A stretch of DNA of 64,000 nucleotides from an uncultured Nitrososphaerota archaeon (GTDB lineage: Archaea > Thermoproteota > Nitrososphaeria > Nitrososphaerales > Nitrosopumilaceae), in NCBI GenBank assembly GCA_963701075.1, contig OY969559.1:224001-288000 (forward strand), read 5' to 3'. Shown here one piece after another: positions 38,321 to 48,584 of the stretch. Position numbers and translations under genes: made by a program. The notes under the pieces are model-generated. The model was not told where the DNA came from, ran no database searches, and saw only the letters and a list, made by a program, of their open reading frames with translations. The stretch's first letter is position 1; the number at the start of each line of letters is the position of its first letter.

Positions 38321-39615
38321 TTTTCTTGTGATTGGAGAGCGTTTCCAGCATTGTCTTTTATCAAACCAAAGAGCTGGCGTATTGCTAGCTTTGGATGATT
38401 TGCTGCAAGCTTTATCATGTTTGCCAACCCAAATTCAGCTTTTACAAAATCCAGGAATTCTTCTGCGGAGAGGTCATCAATTATTCCAATCTCACGATCC
38501 CATTCCTCGTCACTGAGGCCAAGCCACCTGTACTGCACCTTTATTGCAGAGGCAATCTTGGAGCCAATTGCTTTTTTCATGGAATCTTCATATGGTTTCA
38601 AAGATTTTTTGGACGTGTCCCCAGATGAGATGGCATTTGTAGCCACCTCTCCTGCCTTTCTTCCATATTCTATTGCATACCTTATTCCCTCCAGAACAAG
38701 TGGATTTGCTTGACCTGCAGAATCTCCTACAAGTATAAGGTTGTCATCAATGGTAGAAGATCGCAGTCCCTCGTTTGGGATCAAGCCATAATGAAATTCA
38801 ATAGGGACTATTCTGCCAAGCGAATCTAGCGGCTTGGGTCTTTTCTCAAGCAATTCCAAAAGTCGTTGTGTTGCATCTACTTGGGACTCTGGCTTGCCAA
38901 CACCAACACCTATCCGAACCTTATTTTTTCCCAGCGGAAAGATCCAGGCATATCCAGCAGGAGAATAATTCTGTCCAACCATAAGATACCACGTCTGAGG
39001 GTCTATCTTTTCCACATAGGCCTCATATTCTGCTCCAGCACCAAACCTCTTCCACTGGGATACCAATCCAGTAGATTTTGCCACCACAGAATAAAATCCA
39101 CTTGCATCTATGGTTACCTTTGAGCGAAACACCAGATCTTCTTTTAGCGATGTTGCCTTGACTCCACATAATTTTTTCTCTTCAAGTATAACATCAGTGA
39201 CACCAGTTCGCAAAAATATGTCTGCACCAGCACCTGCTGCCTGATATGCAAGAAACTGGTATGTCTTTCTAACATCTAGTACGGCTACTTCGGGCTCCTT
39301 GCTTTTTTTTAGTATCATATTATTTGGTGAATAAAACGCATAATTTTGTATTGGGTTGTAATATTCTGCAGGAATGCCAAATGACCTTGCTTCCTTTATC
39401 CAGGTGACTCCACTTGTTCTGACGCTCTGCCCTATTGCCTCATCTCTTTCAAGTATTGCTACTTTTGCCCCCTTTTTTGCGGCACTCCATCCAGCGGACA
39501 GGCCTGCAGGCCCTCCGCCTACCACAACGATATCGTATTCGTAGTTTCTGGTCATAGATTGTCTATGGGTCTTTGATTTAACATAATAATCCTTTTTGCG
39601 ATTAGTGCAAGTCAA
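38317..39615 (-). CDS. Geranylgeranyl reductase-family FAD oxidoreductase
   Basis: GGGPAG, GYAWIFP, VGDSAGQANP. Confidence 0.9.
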   Translation of the reverse strand: MTCTNRKKDYYVKSKTHRQSMTRNYEYDIVVVGGGPAGLSAGWSAAKKGAKVAILERDEAIGQSVRTSGVTWIKEARSFGIPAEYYNPIQNYAFYSPNNMILKKSKEPEVAVLDVRKTYQFLAYQAAGAGADIFLRTGVTDVILEEKKLCGVKATSLKEDLVFRSKVTIDASGFYSVVAKSTGLVSQWKRFGAGAEYEAYVEKIDPQTWYLMVGQNYSPAGYAWIFPLGKNKVRIGVGVGKPESQVDATQRLLELLEKRPKPLDSLGRIVPIEFHYGLIPNEGLRSSTIDDNLILVGDSAGQANPLVLEGIRYAIEYGRKAGEVATNAISSGDTSKKSLKPYEDSMKKAIGSKIASAIKVQYRWLGLSDEEWDREIGIIDDLSAEEFLDFVKAEFGLANMIKLAANHPKLAIRQLFGLIKDNAGNALQSQEN

Positions 39616-39662
39616 ATCCCTAAAGCGTCAGATTTTTACTAGTCACAGTAAAACTACATTTT

Positions 39663-40196
39663 ATGGAAAAGGACGGGCTGGTAATTGTTTATACAGGCAA
39701 GGGAAAGGGAAAGACAACAGCTGCACTTGGGATGGCACTTCGCGCAATAGGTTATGATTACAAAGTTTGCATGATTCAATTCATCAAGGGCTCCTGGCAC
39801 TATGGCGAGATGACCTCATCGAAGAGACTAGAACCAGAGTTTGAGCTCACTGCAGTAGGCAAGGGATTTGTTGGCATCATGGATGACAAGAGCCCCATTG
39901 AAGACCACAAAAAGGTTGCAGATGAGGCGCTTGCCATAGCAAAAGAAAAAATAACTTCGGAAAAATACAACATCGTAATTCTAGACGAGATAAACTATGC
40001 TGTCAACCTAGGATTAGTAAAGATTGATGATGTGTTAAAACTAATACAGACAAAACCTACAAACGTCAACCTAGTACTGACAGGAAATCATGTCAGAGAT
40101 GAGATAATAGAATTGGCTGACTTGGTGACAGAAATGAGAGAGATAAAACATCCATTCAAGTCTGGCATACGAGCAAAAAAAGGAATTGATTTCTAA
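39663..40196 (+). CDS. cobO: Cob(I)alamin adenosyltransferase (CobA/CobO/BtuR)
   Basis: TGKGKGKTTAA, QFIKG, KHPF..G..A.KGIDF. Confidence 0.95.
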   Translation: MEKDGLVIVYTGKGKGKTTAALGMALRAIGYDYKVCMIQFIKGSWHYGEMTSSKRLEPEFELTAVGKGFVGIMDDKSPIEDHKKVADEALAIAKEKITSEKYNIVILDEINYAVNLGLVKIDDVLKLIQTKPTNVNLVLTGNHVRDEIIELADLVTEMREIKHPFKSGIRAKKGIDF

Positions 40197-40225
40197 GCAG
40201 CAACATTAAATTACGTACGTAAAAC

Positions 40226-41035
40226 TTGAAAATTATGACAACTGCCATACAAGAATTTCCCGAAGTTGGAGAAATTGTGATTGCTACAATAACTAGAATT
40301 ATGGCTCAAGGTGCCTATGTTACTCTTGATGAATACAATAACATCCAGGGGTTCTTGCATGTTTCCGAGATTGCTACCGGTTGGATTAGAAATGTAGAAA
40401 AGTTTCTCAAGGTAGGAGAAAAGAAAGTTCTGCTGGTAAAGCGTGTCGATCCAAGAAGATCTGAGATTGACTTGTCGCTCAAGCAAATTTCCTCAGATCA
40501 AAAGAAGAAAAAACTTTTGGAAATAAAACGTGGAGAAAAAGAGATGGCTCTTATTGACAATCTCAAGACAAAAGCTAACCTATCAGCAGCAGAGGCTGAA
40601 AAAATTGAAAATATTCTAGTAGATAAATTTGATTCAGTGTATAATGCTTTCAGCGAGGTAACTGCAAAGGGCCCGTCCATTTTGAGCGGCCTTGACATAC
40701 CCGAAAAAACAGTTGCGGTAATTAATGAATTGAGTTCAAAGATGCAAATTCCTCATGTCGAGATAAGGGGAGTATTGGATCTTACATGTACCAAGCCTGA
40801 TGGTATCGATGTTATCAAGCGAGCTTTGCTTGCAGCTTTAGACAACAAGAAGGTAACGGTATCTGTGACCTACATAGGTGCACCCAAGTATCGCCTCAAC
40901 ATTACTGCACAAAATTTCAAGGATGCAGAAAAAGAGCTAAAGCCTACTCTTGAAGCAATTGAGCGTGCCATTGAAAAAAGCGGTGGTACCTTCAAGTTTA
41001 CAAGAGAAGAGTCAAAGAAGACCCGAGAGGGCTAA
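40226..41035 (+). CDS. eif2a: Translation initiation factor 2 alpha subunit
   Basis: S1 domain PEVGEIV...IDLSLK; YIGAPKYR. Confidence 0.95.
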   Translation: MKIMTTAIQEFPEVGEIVIATITRIMAQGAYVTLDEYNNIQGFLHVSEIATGWIRNVEKFLKVGEKKVLLVKRVDPRRSEIDLSLKQISSDQKKKKLLEIKRGEKEMALIDNLKTKANLSAAEAEKIENILVDKFDSVYNAFSEVTAKGPSILSGLDIPEKTVAVINELSSKMQIPHVEIRGVLDLTCTKPDGIDVIKRALLAALDNKKVTVSVTYIGAPKYRLNITAQNFKDAEKELKPTLEAIERAIEKSGGTFKFTREESKKTREG

Positions 41036-41036
41036 C

Positions 41037-41192
41037 ATGAAATTTCAGATGCGCAAGTGCACCAACTGCAAAAGATATACGCTAAAAGACGAGTGCCCCA
41101 AGTGCGGAAATAACACAACAAGTGTTCATCCGGGAAAATATTCTCCTGATGACAAGTATGCAAGATACCGAGTATCTGACAGATACAAGTGA
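41037..41192 (+). CDS. nop10: H/ACA RNP protein Nop10
   Basis: YTLKDECPKCG...HPGKYSPDDKYARYR. Confidence 0.93.
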   Translation: MKFQMRKCTNCKRYTLKDECPKCGNNTTSVHPGKYSPDDKYARYRVSDRYK

Positions 41193-41193
41193 C

Positions 41194-44007
41194 TTAGCTT
41201 GTGCCGTTAGAAGCCCTTATCGTTATTACACGAGCATCATCTGGATTAACTGGTCTGCTGTTCGAATCTGTCGGTAATGCGGCTATCTTGTCTACTACAT
41301 CCTGGCCTGAAATTACCTGCCCAAAGAGAGTATACTTGCCATTTAGGAAACTGGCATCTCCTACTGTTATGAAGAATTGTGAGCTTCCGCTGTTGACGTC
41401 TTGTCCGCGTGCCATTCCAACTGTATATGACGTAAAGTTCAGGTCACTGAACTCTGGCGGGATGTTATATCCAGCATCTCCTGTTCCCCAAGTATCTTCT
41501 GAACCGTTTATGGAATTGGGATCTCCTCCTTGTATGACAAATCCAGGAACTATTCTGTGGAATACAGTTTTGTCATAGAACCCAGAATTTGCCAATTTCT
41601 CAAAGTTGGCAACTGTCTTGGGAGCTACGCTGTTGAATAATTTTAGCGTGATGTCTCCATATTTTGTAGTAATTACTGCAGTATCACCAGTTGTTGTAGA
41701 CGAACTATTTGTTGTCGTAATCTTTGGCAGCGAAGGTTGTTGTGGCAGTGTGCTGTTTGCCTGTTGCTGTGTGCTGTTTGTCTGTTGTTGACTGTAGCTT
41801 CCTAGCACATAATTTGCATTGACTTGGTAAATTAATACCCCAGAGATGACACCCGAGTCAGTTCTGTTCATGCTGGATGACTGGTATACAAGTTTTAGTG
41901 GACCATTTCCATTTTCAGGATACTTGATATTTTTGGCATAAATTGCAGTAAATCCAGATTGGTATGTCTGAGACTCGGAATGACTAGTTGGATCATAATA
42001 CGTTACAGTTGTAAATGGGAACATGTGTCCAAGCAATGTATTTTGCCAGAAATAATCAGTAGGTGTAAACTCGTCGGATTGTAGGAATTGCGTCTCGTCT
42101 TCACCTGCAATTCTCATAAACCACTGTTTCTTACTTTCATCTCCACCACCGCCTAGAACATACAGTTCTTGGCCGTTTGAGACAAATTTTTGTCCAACTA
42201 CATACACAACAACATAGTCTGCGTGCATGTCTCGCAACATCTTCCAAGCATCATCAGGAGAAGCCAGAAACATCTTTGCTATACCTGCTATTTTGTTTGT
42301 ATCTAGTGTAGCATTATCAACAAAAGTGGTTCTGTTTCCTAAAGTCTGTATCCAGTAACCATAATCCCACCATGAAGCTATGACCGAATTTGGCGGAGTA
42401 TTGTTTTTTAGCCAACTCATTGCATCTGGCCAATCAGTTGTCGCAATTGCAAAATTAGAACCGCCATTGAGTATTGTAGGAGGCGCTTTTACTATTGATA
42501 TCCAATTTGCGTCAACAGGAAAAATTAGAGGTACCAATAACAAGGCCACAATTATAACTACAAATGATATCTTTGGAATCGGGCCAAGAAAGACAAGGCT
42601 TTTTTTTGTCAGAGTTTTCTTTTTTGATGACTCTTTTGATGGTTCTGTCACTGCCGGTTTGTTTTCCTTTTTCAGTATCTCAGATGTCATGGCCGCAAGC
42701 CCAATAGATGCCAGCACAATGACAGAGCTTGCTGTCAATAATTCTAATCTAGAAAATGTTGAACCGGCATATGCACCTACTATTCCAAGAATGAGGGCAA
42801 AAATAGTCATCTCATTTTTGATGCTAAATGGCAGAGAGTTATTGCCATCACTTTTCTTCCTAAAGATCAACCATATTCCAAAGCCCGCAAATAACATTAG
42901 AATTGAAAAATAGGTAAAGTTTTGCGCAAGTGTTGGAGTGGCATGTTCTGCAACTGAATCTACCAAGGGATCCTCTGATGTTAAGAAGGGATCCATCGCA
43001 TTCATGTAACGGAAACTAGCTGAGTGAAGAGCCCCCGATGCAAAGATTGCACCTCCAATGACTATACACGCGGCAAGAACCAACAAGCTGTTACGCAACT
43101 TGACCTGATCCTTGCTAAATTTCTGAACAAAAATTATTATGACCATCAGTATGGTTGGGCCGATGAGAACAAGACCTCTTTCGCCAAATACAAAAGTGGG
43201 TCCGGGTCTTGCAAATACGCCTCCCGATATAGCCATTGTTACGGCTACAAAAAATGGAATTGCCCACAATAAGAACTTGTGATCTTTTCGCACAAAGGGC
43301 AGTATAAGGACAAAAATTCCTAGGGGTATTAGGAAGAATTCTATTCCTCCCCAAGAAGCAAAACCGATGCTTAGAAATCCTGCCCCGCCAAAGAGTTTGG
43401 CAATTGCAACTTTTCGGTTTTCAGATTTTATCCCGCTAAGGAACAGGTATACGCCTAATAGTCCATAAAAGAGTCCAAGCGGTTCTGACTTGAACCACCC
43501 TATTGTTCCCCTCACTATTATGGGCGGAGAAATTGCGAAGAAAAGCGATGCAAAAAGACCAGATGTCGTGCCTCCTATAACTCGGACAAGTGCAAATACT
43601 ATGACAGTTGTTAGAGAACCAAAGACTACTGGAAATATTATTGTAAAATCATAAAGACTCATTCCACCGCCAAAGATTTTGTACAAGATGGCATCGGTGA
43701 AGTGAAGCGGCACTTGGGCATTGGTAAAGACATCCCTGCCTTCCGGATACCAGCTCATTGTGTCATGCCAGTGAACATACGCATCGACACCGTTATTTAG
43801 CAAGTATTCTGTTGCCCTGTAGTTAAAGAACGGGTCAAACTCGTTTAGTTGAAAACCATAGTCAGCAGCTTGTGATCTTACCATGGCCGAGATGGAAAAG
43901 GAAGCTGCAAGTATTCCAATCACAAGCAAATGTCGTAAATTAAAATCACGGCTTCCTACCGTGAACAGTTTTCTATCCTGAATCAACCTAAGCTTGATGA
44001 AATTCAC
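41194..44007 (-). CDS. aglB: Oligosaccharyltransferase AglB/STT3 fused to C-terminal cyclophilin PPIase
   Basis: EFDPFF, SVAEH, WWDYG; then FHRIVPGFVIQGGDP, SGSSQFFI. Confidence 0.93.
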   Translation of the reverse strand: MNFIKLRLIQDRKLFTVGSRDFNLRHLLVIGILAASFSISAMVRSQAADYGFQLNEFDPFFNYRATEYLLNNGVDAYVHWHDTMSWYPEGRDVFTNAQVPLHFTDAILYKIFGGGMSLYDFTIIFPVVFGSLTTVIVFALVRVIGGTTSGLFASLFFAISPPIIVRGTIGWFKSEPLGLFYGLLGVYLFLSGIKSENRKVAIAKLFGGAGFLSIGFASWGGIEFFLIPLGIFVLILPFVRKDHKFLLWAIPFFVAVTMAISGGVFARPGPTFVFGERGLVLIGPTILMVIIIFVQKFSKDQVKLRNSLLVLAACIVIGGAIFASGALHSASFRYMNAMDPFLTSEDPLVDSVAEHATPTLAQNFTYFSILMLFAGFGIWLIFRKKSDGNNSLPFSIKNEMTIFALILGIVGAYAGSTFSRLELLTASSVIVLASIGLAAMTSEILKKENKPAVTEPSKESSKKKTLTKKSLVFLGPIPKISFVVIIVALLLVPLIFPVDANWISIVKAPPTILNGGSNFAIATTDWPDAMSWLKNNTPPNSVIASWWDYGYWIQTLGNRTTFVDNATLDTNKIAGIAKMFLASPDDAWKMLRDMHADYVVVYVVGQKFVSNGQELYVLGGGGDESKKQWFMRIAGEDETQFLQSDEFTPTDYFWQNTLLGHMFPFTTVTYYDPTSHSESQTYQSGFTAIYAKNIKYPENGNGPLKLVYQSSSMNRTDSGVISGVLIYQVNANYVLGSYSQQQTNSTQQQANSTLPQQPSLPKITTTNSSSTTTGDTAVITTKYGDITLKLFNSVAPKTVANFEKLANSGFYDKTVFHRIVPGFVIQGGDPNSINGSEDTWGTGDAGYNIPPEFSDLNFTSYTVGMARGQDVNSGSSQFFITVGDASFLNGKYTLFGQVISGQDVVDKIAALPTDSNSRPVNPDDARVITIRASNGTS

Positions 44008-44042
44008 TCTGTTTATTACTCTTTTGGGCTCTCTATTGTCCC

Positions 44043-44702
44043 CTAAGGTTCTTTTGTTAATATGTGGACTTCACAGGATGTCACCGCATTTTTAAATTCC
44101 TGAGCATCCTGCGGACTTCCTACAATTGAACCATAATGCATAGGTATTGCAATCTTTGGCTTTATCACATCTACAGATCTTGCAGCATCCCTTGGAGTCA
44201 TAACATATGTTCCGCTTACTGGAACCAGCAACACATCTGGTTGCAAATTATTCATTTCTGGAACCAGATCAGAATCGCCAGTGTGATATATTGTGGTACC
44301 ATTGATATTAATCAGAAATCCAATTTTGCCATCTTCTTTTGGATGGAATGGTTTTTTTGTATCAGGATTTATTTTGTCTATGTTATAAGCTGCAACTCCC
44401 CTCAATTTTATTCCATTTACGGTTTTTTCTTCGCCAGGAGAGAGGCTTATCTTTTCCTTAAATGGAATACCCACCAACTTGCTGATGCATTCTTTTGCTG
44501 CCACAATCGTTGTCCTGTTAGATGAGACTTTACCCAAGTCTTCTATACTCATATGATCAAAGTGCTCATGAGAGACAAGTATCAAGTCTGCCTCAAATGG
44601 CTTTGAAATTCTGTAGGGGTCTGTTATTATCTTGAAATCTTTTTCCAGCAAAAAGGTATCATGGCCTAGCCATTTTATTTTGATGCCTTTGTACTCTAAC
44701 AT
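44043..44702 (-). CDS. MBL-fold metallo-hydrolase
   Basis: SHEHFDH, YHTGD, IPMHY. Confidence 0.92.
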   Translation of the reverse strand: MLEYKGIKIKWLGHDTFLLEKDFKIITDPYRISKPFEADLILVSHEHFDHMSIEDLGKVSSNRTTIVAAKECISKLVGIPFKEKISLSPGEEKTVNGIKLRGVAAYNIDKINPDTKKPFHPKEDGKIGFLININGTTIYHTGDSDLVPEMNNLQPDVLLVPVSGTYVMTPRDAARSVDVIKPKIAIPMHYGSIVGSPQDAQEFKNAVTSCEVHILTKEP

Positions 44703-44726
44703 ATTTTAATATTATTTTTGATAAAA

Positions 44727-45106
44727 TTAAGTCTTGCTTGGCTCTAAAATTATTCTGTCATTTGCCAAAGACAGGATTGTTCCTCCATTTTCCTTTATCT
44801 TCCTCTTGAGTTCAATATCTATGGTAGCCACTATACCGCCATTGTTCTTCACGTGGTATACCAGGGCATCATCTACTTTCTTTCCAGAAATTTTTATCCT
44901 GCCAAAGCCTTCTGAGATCCTCAATGCATCAAGTGCGGAACTTTTTTTTTATCATTTGCTTTTGAAATTCTTGTAAGCTCATCAATTACAAGGTCTGGCA
45001 CAACAAACTCCAAATTTCCAATTTCAGTATCCATACTTGAGATATTTTTTATCTTTTTTGAGCCAAGAACCATTAGAAAACTGGTATCACAGATTACTTT
45101 AACCAA
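44727..45106 (-). CDS. PIN-domain protein (Fcf1/Utp24-like); frameshift in T-run near 44945
   Basis: VICDTSFLM...VIDEL / VDDAL...VATIDIELKRK; follows eif2g as in many archaea. Confidence 0.8.
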
Positions 45107-46364
45107 CTGATACACCTGCACCTATCAATCTCCATCTTTCCCCTATTCTTCTACTTATTGCAACCTTACTGTTCTCAAAGAGACACACAGGTCGCTTGAA
45201 CTGTATCTCTACTGTCTTACCTCTTGCACTTGTTACTTTGGATAACAAAGGAGCTGTTCCTATGCTTAATCTAAGAGATTCTCCGGTTTGGACCGATGAT
45301 ACTTTAATCTCATCGCCAGAACCAACTGCAGTATCAAAAAGGCTGACTTCAATCTTGGCATTGTAGGAATTTTCAGGCAGGGTCCCGGGCTTTCCTATGA
45401 TGGAGCCTATCAACGAGTCGCTGCGTGTCATGGATGGATCAAGTTTTGTCCCTATTGCAACAAGGCCCCCAGGTTTTACTTGATCAACAATTCCAGCTCC
45501 GGTTCCAAGAGAAGATATCTGAGTTACAATGGATTCATATTTTCCTGACTTTTCATTTTGTAGGCCGGGCTTTATCTCAATCTCGTCTCCCACATTAAAC
45601 GTGCCCTGAGTGAGACTTCCTCCTATCACCCCTCCCTTCATGTCTTTTATCTTTGTACCTGGTTTGTTTACATCAAATGATCTTAACACATGCATGACAG
45701 TACTTCCAGATTCTTTGCGTTCTGGAGTTGGAATTGTAGATTCTATTGCACCTATTAGTGCGTCAATATTTAGTTTTGATTGAGCAGAGATAGGAATGAT
45801 TGGGGATTTGGCAGCATTGGTTCCTTTAACAAATTTTACTATATCAGAATAATTTTCCATGGCTTCCTCATATGATACGAGATCTACCTTGTTTTGCACC
45901 AAAACTATTTGTTTTATGCCAAGTGTTTGCAAGGCAAGCAAGTGTTCTTTTGTCTGTGGCTGGGGCACCTTTTCATTTGCTGCAATTACAAGCATGGCGC
46001 CATCTATCAGGGCAGATCCAGAAAGCATGTTTGCCATAAGGCTTTCATGGCCCGGACTGTCAACAAAACTTACAACACGAGAAAGCTCGCTTTCCTTGCC
46101 ACAGTTATTACATTTTGGCGTAACTGAATATCCTAGTGGAACTTCACAGCTTTTGCATTTATAAAATGCGGCATCTGCATATCCAACTCTAATGGTAATT
46201 CCCCGTTTGAGTTCCTCACTGTGAGCACTGGTCCAAACACCTGTTAGTGCCTGTATCAGAGTTGTCTTTCCGTGATCAACATGTCCAGATGTACCAATAT
46301 TGACACATGGTTGATGTCCATATTTTTTTATGTACCAATCAGGAAGAGTTTCTCTCCAGTGCAC
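45099..46364 (-). CDS. eif2g: Translation initiation factor 2 gamma subunit
   Basis: GHVDHGKTT, RGITIRVGY, Zn knuckle, DSPGH, NKVD. Confidence 0.97.
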   Translation of the reverse strand: MHWRETLPDWYIKKYGHQPCVNIGTSGHVDHGKTTLIQALTGVWTSAHSEELKRGITIRVGYADAAFYKCKSCEVPLGYSVTPKCNNCGKESELSRVVSFVDSPGHESLMANMLSGSALIDGAMLVIAANEKVPQPQTKEHLLALQTLGIKQIVLVQNKVDLVSYEEAMENYSDIVKFVKGTNAAKSPIIPISAQSKLNIDALIGAIESTIPTPERKESGSTVMHVLRSFDVNKPGTKIKDMKGGVIGGSLTQGTFNVGDEIEIKPGLQNEKSGKYESIVTQISSLGTGAGIVDQVKPGGLVAIGTKLDPSMTRSDSLIGSIIGKPGTLPENSYNAKIEVSLFDTAVGSGDEIKVSSVQTGESLRLSIGTAPLLSKVTSARGKTVEIQFKRPVCLFENSKVAISRRIGERWRLIGAGVSVG

Positions 46365-46396
46365 AAAGAAGCTGAAAAACATTACCTATCTTAATC

Positions 46397-46807
46397 TTAT
46401 GCCTTTTTTGATTTTTCAGCGCTTTCTTTTTTCTCTGCTTCTTCTTGTGGTTTTTCTTCTATCTTGAGCTCGCCATCAAGAAAACAATTTACCTGATATA
46501 CCTCTTCAGTTATCGTACTTCCCCGTATTAGCTTGCGTACTCGCTGGCCAATCTCTGCATTTCTCAGGCCAACTCCCTGCGACAAAAGTATGTACTTGCG
46601 CGCTCCACCATGGATATCAGGGCGCAAAGGAACTCCCGACTTGTCACTGCCTCCTGTGACCTTTAGTTTACCTGCTTCGCCTACCAATGCAGCATCAAGC
46701 TCAGAGCCTACTTGCAGTCCTAGAAATGGATTTGCATCCTTTTCTTTAACCTCTTTTGAGATTGTTTTTCCTTTCTTGTCTGAGATGTTTAGCTTGAATG
46801 TAGCCAA
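46397..46807 (-). CDS. rps6e: 30S ribosomal protein S6e
   Basis: KVTGGSDKSGVP...RVRKLIRG. Confidence 0.95.
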   Translation of the reverse strand: MATFKLNISDKKGKTISKEVKEKDANPFLGLQVGSELDAALVGEAGKLKVTGGSDKSGVPLRPDIHGGARKYILLSQGVGLRNAEIGQRVRKLIRGSTITEEVYQVNCFLDGELKIEEKPQEEAEKKESAEKSKKA

Positions 46808-46839
46808 GTAGTGAAAAAAGTTTTCACACTATTAATTAA

Positions 46840-48100
46840 GGTTCTGTTATGAGTGTTTGTCAAATTTGCAAGACATACCCCCATCACTTGACTGCATCGA
46901 CTCGATAGATTACCGGTTCCTTGCTACCAGGTTCTACCATCACCGCTTCACCTGCAGTCCCGTCTGGCACGACCTGTGTGCCTCGAAGCAAGATGTTGTG
47001 AGCAGCGTTGATATCTCTATCAATACTGCTCTTACAAGTAGGACAGAACATCTTTCGGTGCTCTTCGGGTACTAGTTTTGACCCACATGCCGCACACTTT
47101 GTGCTTGTCCCACCTGCCTTGATATATTCTACCGGCAGACCAAGCCATCTTGCCTTGTACTCGATCTGTCGTTGAAGTTCATAAAATGACCAAGAGTTCA
47201 TCTTTTGTCTGTGCTTTCTTCCTTGACCGTTTCCCTTTCGATACAACTTGCGAATTCCCTTGAGGTTTTCCATTATGATTCCAGAATTTTGAGATACAAT
47301 CTTCTTTGATGTATAGTGCAAGATACCATGTACTCTGTTCTTCTGCAGTTTACCATATTTTTGAAATATCTTTCTTCGTATCCTGGAATCATTGCGTTTG
47401 AATTTACTTTTTACTGTACTGTATGATGCAATGATCTTCTGAGCCTGGAATAGGTCGTGTACAATACAGTTTCCATGTGTATCATATGTTGTTACATTAT
47501 TTAGATTTCTGTCAATTCCAATAAAACTAGATGGTCTTTGTTCTGGAATGTCTTTAGAGTATGAGATTATCAACTTGTCATCTGTGATGGTAACATTTCC
47601 AAGCTTTGTACCCTTAATTTTTTCACAAACATAGCTAGTCAGCCTGATGAGGATATATTTTGTAGATTCTGTAGGAACTCTGATGATATCATATTCAATC
47701 TTATATGACTGATTTTCAATTATCAAGTGATTCCTTGAAATATACGGTTTTTTAGCATTAGGTTTCTTCTTTAGCACCTTTTTATACAGTTTCAATTTAG
47801 AAGCAGCACATTCTAGTGCACCATAGACATATTTGCAATGGAACTGTGAGTCTAGACGTAATTTGTGGTACAATTGGTAATGAATTTTGTACTTTGATGT
47901 GAGGTTCTTCTCTATACCGATCCTGATTGCCTCGTTTGCGCAGTATCTGAAATAATCAAAGACTGGACCAAGCTCGTCTTTTCTGTTATGGTACTGCCAG
48001 ACACACTTTGTTACTTTCATGATGTGTCAAAAACGAACGATTCACCTAAAAGGTATTGGTAATTATCACATATCCATATAATTCAACAACACTAACCTAA
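46840..48100 (-). mobile_element. Second TnpB element; intact GGTTCTG end at 46840, other end uncertain
   Basis: GGTTCTGTTATGAG 44 bp past the tnpB stop; only a degenerate CAACAACACTAACC near 48084-48097; no clear TSD. Confidence 0.6.
46884..48020 (-). CDS. tnpB: TnpB RNA-guided endonuclease
   Basis: IGIDRN, MENL, CAAC..CPTC, DRDINAAHNI; shares LYRKGNGQG...NSWS with copy 1. Confidence 0.93.
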   Translation of the reverse strand: MKVTKCVWQYHNRKDELGPVFDYFRYCANEAIRIGIEKNLTSKYKIHYQLYHKLRLDSQFHCKYVYGALECAASKLKLYKKVLKKKPNAKKPYISRNHLIIENQSYKIEYDIIRVPTESTKYILIRLTSYVCEKIKGTKLGNVTITDDKLIISYSKDIPEQRPSSFIGIDRNLNNVTTYDTHGNCIVHDLFQAQKIIASYSTVKSKFKRNDSRIRRKIFQKYGKLQKNRVHGILHYTSKKIVSQNSGIIMENLKGIRKLYRKGNGQGRKHRQKMNSWSFYELQRQIEYKARWLGLPVEYIKAGGTSTKCAACGSKLVPEEHRKMFCPTCKSSIDRDINAAHNILLRGTQVVPDGTAGEAVMVEPGSKEPVIYRVDAVK

Positions 48101-48133
48101 ATCTTTTAAAATTTGCAATTCCGCTCTAGTCTA

Positions 48134-48256
48134 TTGAAAGAGCAGATCAAGTGCCCACGATGTGAAAGGATGATGACCTCAATGCAAGCGTGTCACATGA
48201 TATGCACAAATTGCGGTGCACACCTTGATTGCTCTGACAAGGGCTCGTTCTGGTAA
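48134..48256 (+). CDS. Small zinc-finger protein (40 aa)
   Basis: Manual translation: (M)KEQIKCPRCERMMTSMQACHMICTNCGAHLDCSDKGSFW. Confidence 0.65.
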   Translation: MKEQIKCPRCERMMTSMQACHMICTNCGAHLDCSDKGSFW

Positions 48257-48257
48257 A

Positions 48258-48434
48258 TTACAATCCACCAGGCTTGTCGAATTGAAAGTTGTCCACCATT
48301 GCTCCTACTCTTTGTTTCATGAGATTTAGGTAGTCTTCATATTTTGCTTCAAAACCACAGTGAGGGCATTTGACACTAGTTACATCGTCATCAAGAATTG
48401 CAACTTTGTCACATTCTGGGCACTTTGCATCCAT
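48258..48434 (-). CDS. Small zinc-ribbon protein (58 aa)
   Basis: MDAKCPEC...KCPHCG; upstream part of the track ORF is antisense to the tRNA. Confidence 0.75.
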   Translation of the reverse strand: MDAKCPECDKVAILDDDVTSVKCPHCGFEAKYEDYLNLMKQRVGAMVDNFQFDKPGGL

Positions 48435-48489
48435 TGGATCTAGTTGCGCGGTCAAACTATATAATGTTAGATACCAGAATCTCAACCAA

Positions 48490-48563
48490 GCGGAGTTAGT
48501 CCAGCCCGGCAGGACGTCAGCTTCCCAAGCTGAAGGTCGCGGGTTCAAATCCCGCACTCCGCA
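48490..48563 (+). tRNA. tRNA-Gly(CCC)
   Basis: GCGGAGT/ACTCCGC, TCAGC-TTCCCAA-GCTGA, TTCAAAT. Confidence 0.95.
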
Positions 48564-48584
48564 TTTAACAAATACAAAATTTGT

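Noticed and set aside
33362-40196. Cobalamin cluster as an unusual feature
   Set aside because: Cobalamin synthesis is standard in ammonia-oxidising archaea.
48435-48557. N-terminal extension MRDLNPRPSAWEADVLPG of the track ORF
   Set aside because: It is the antisense translation of tRNA-Gly.
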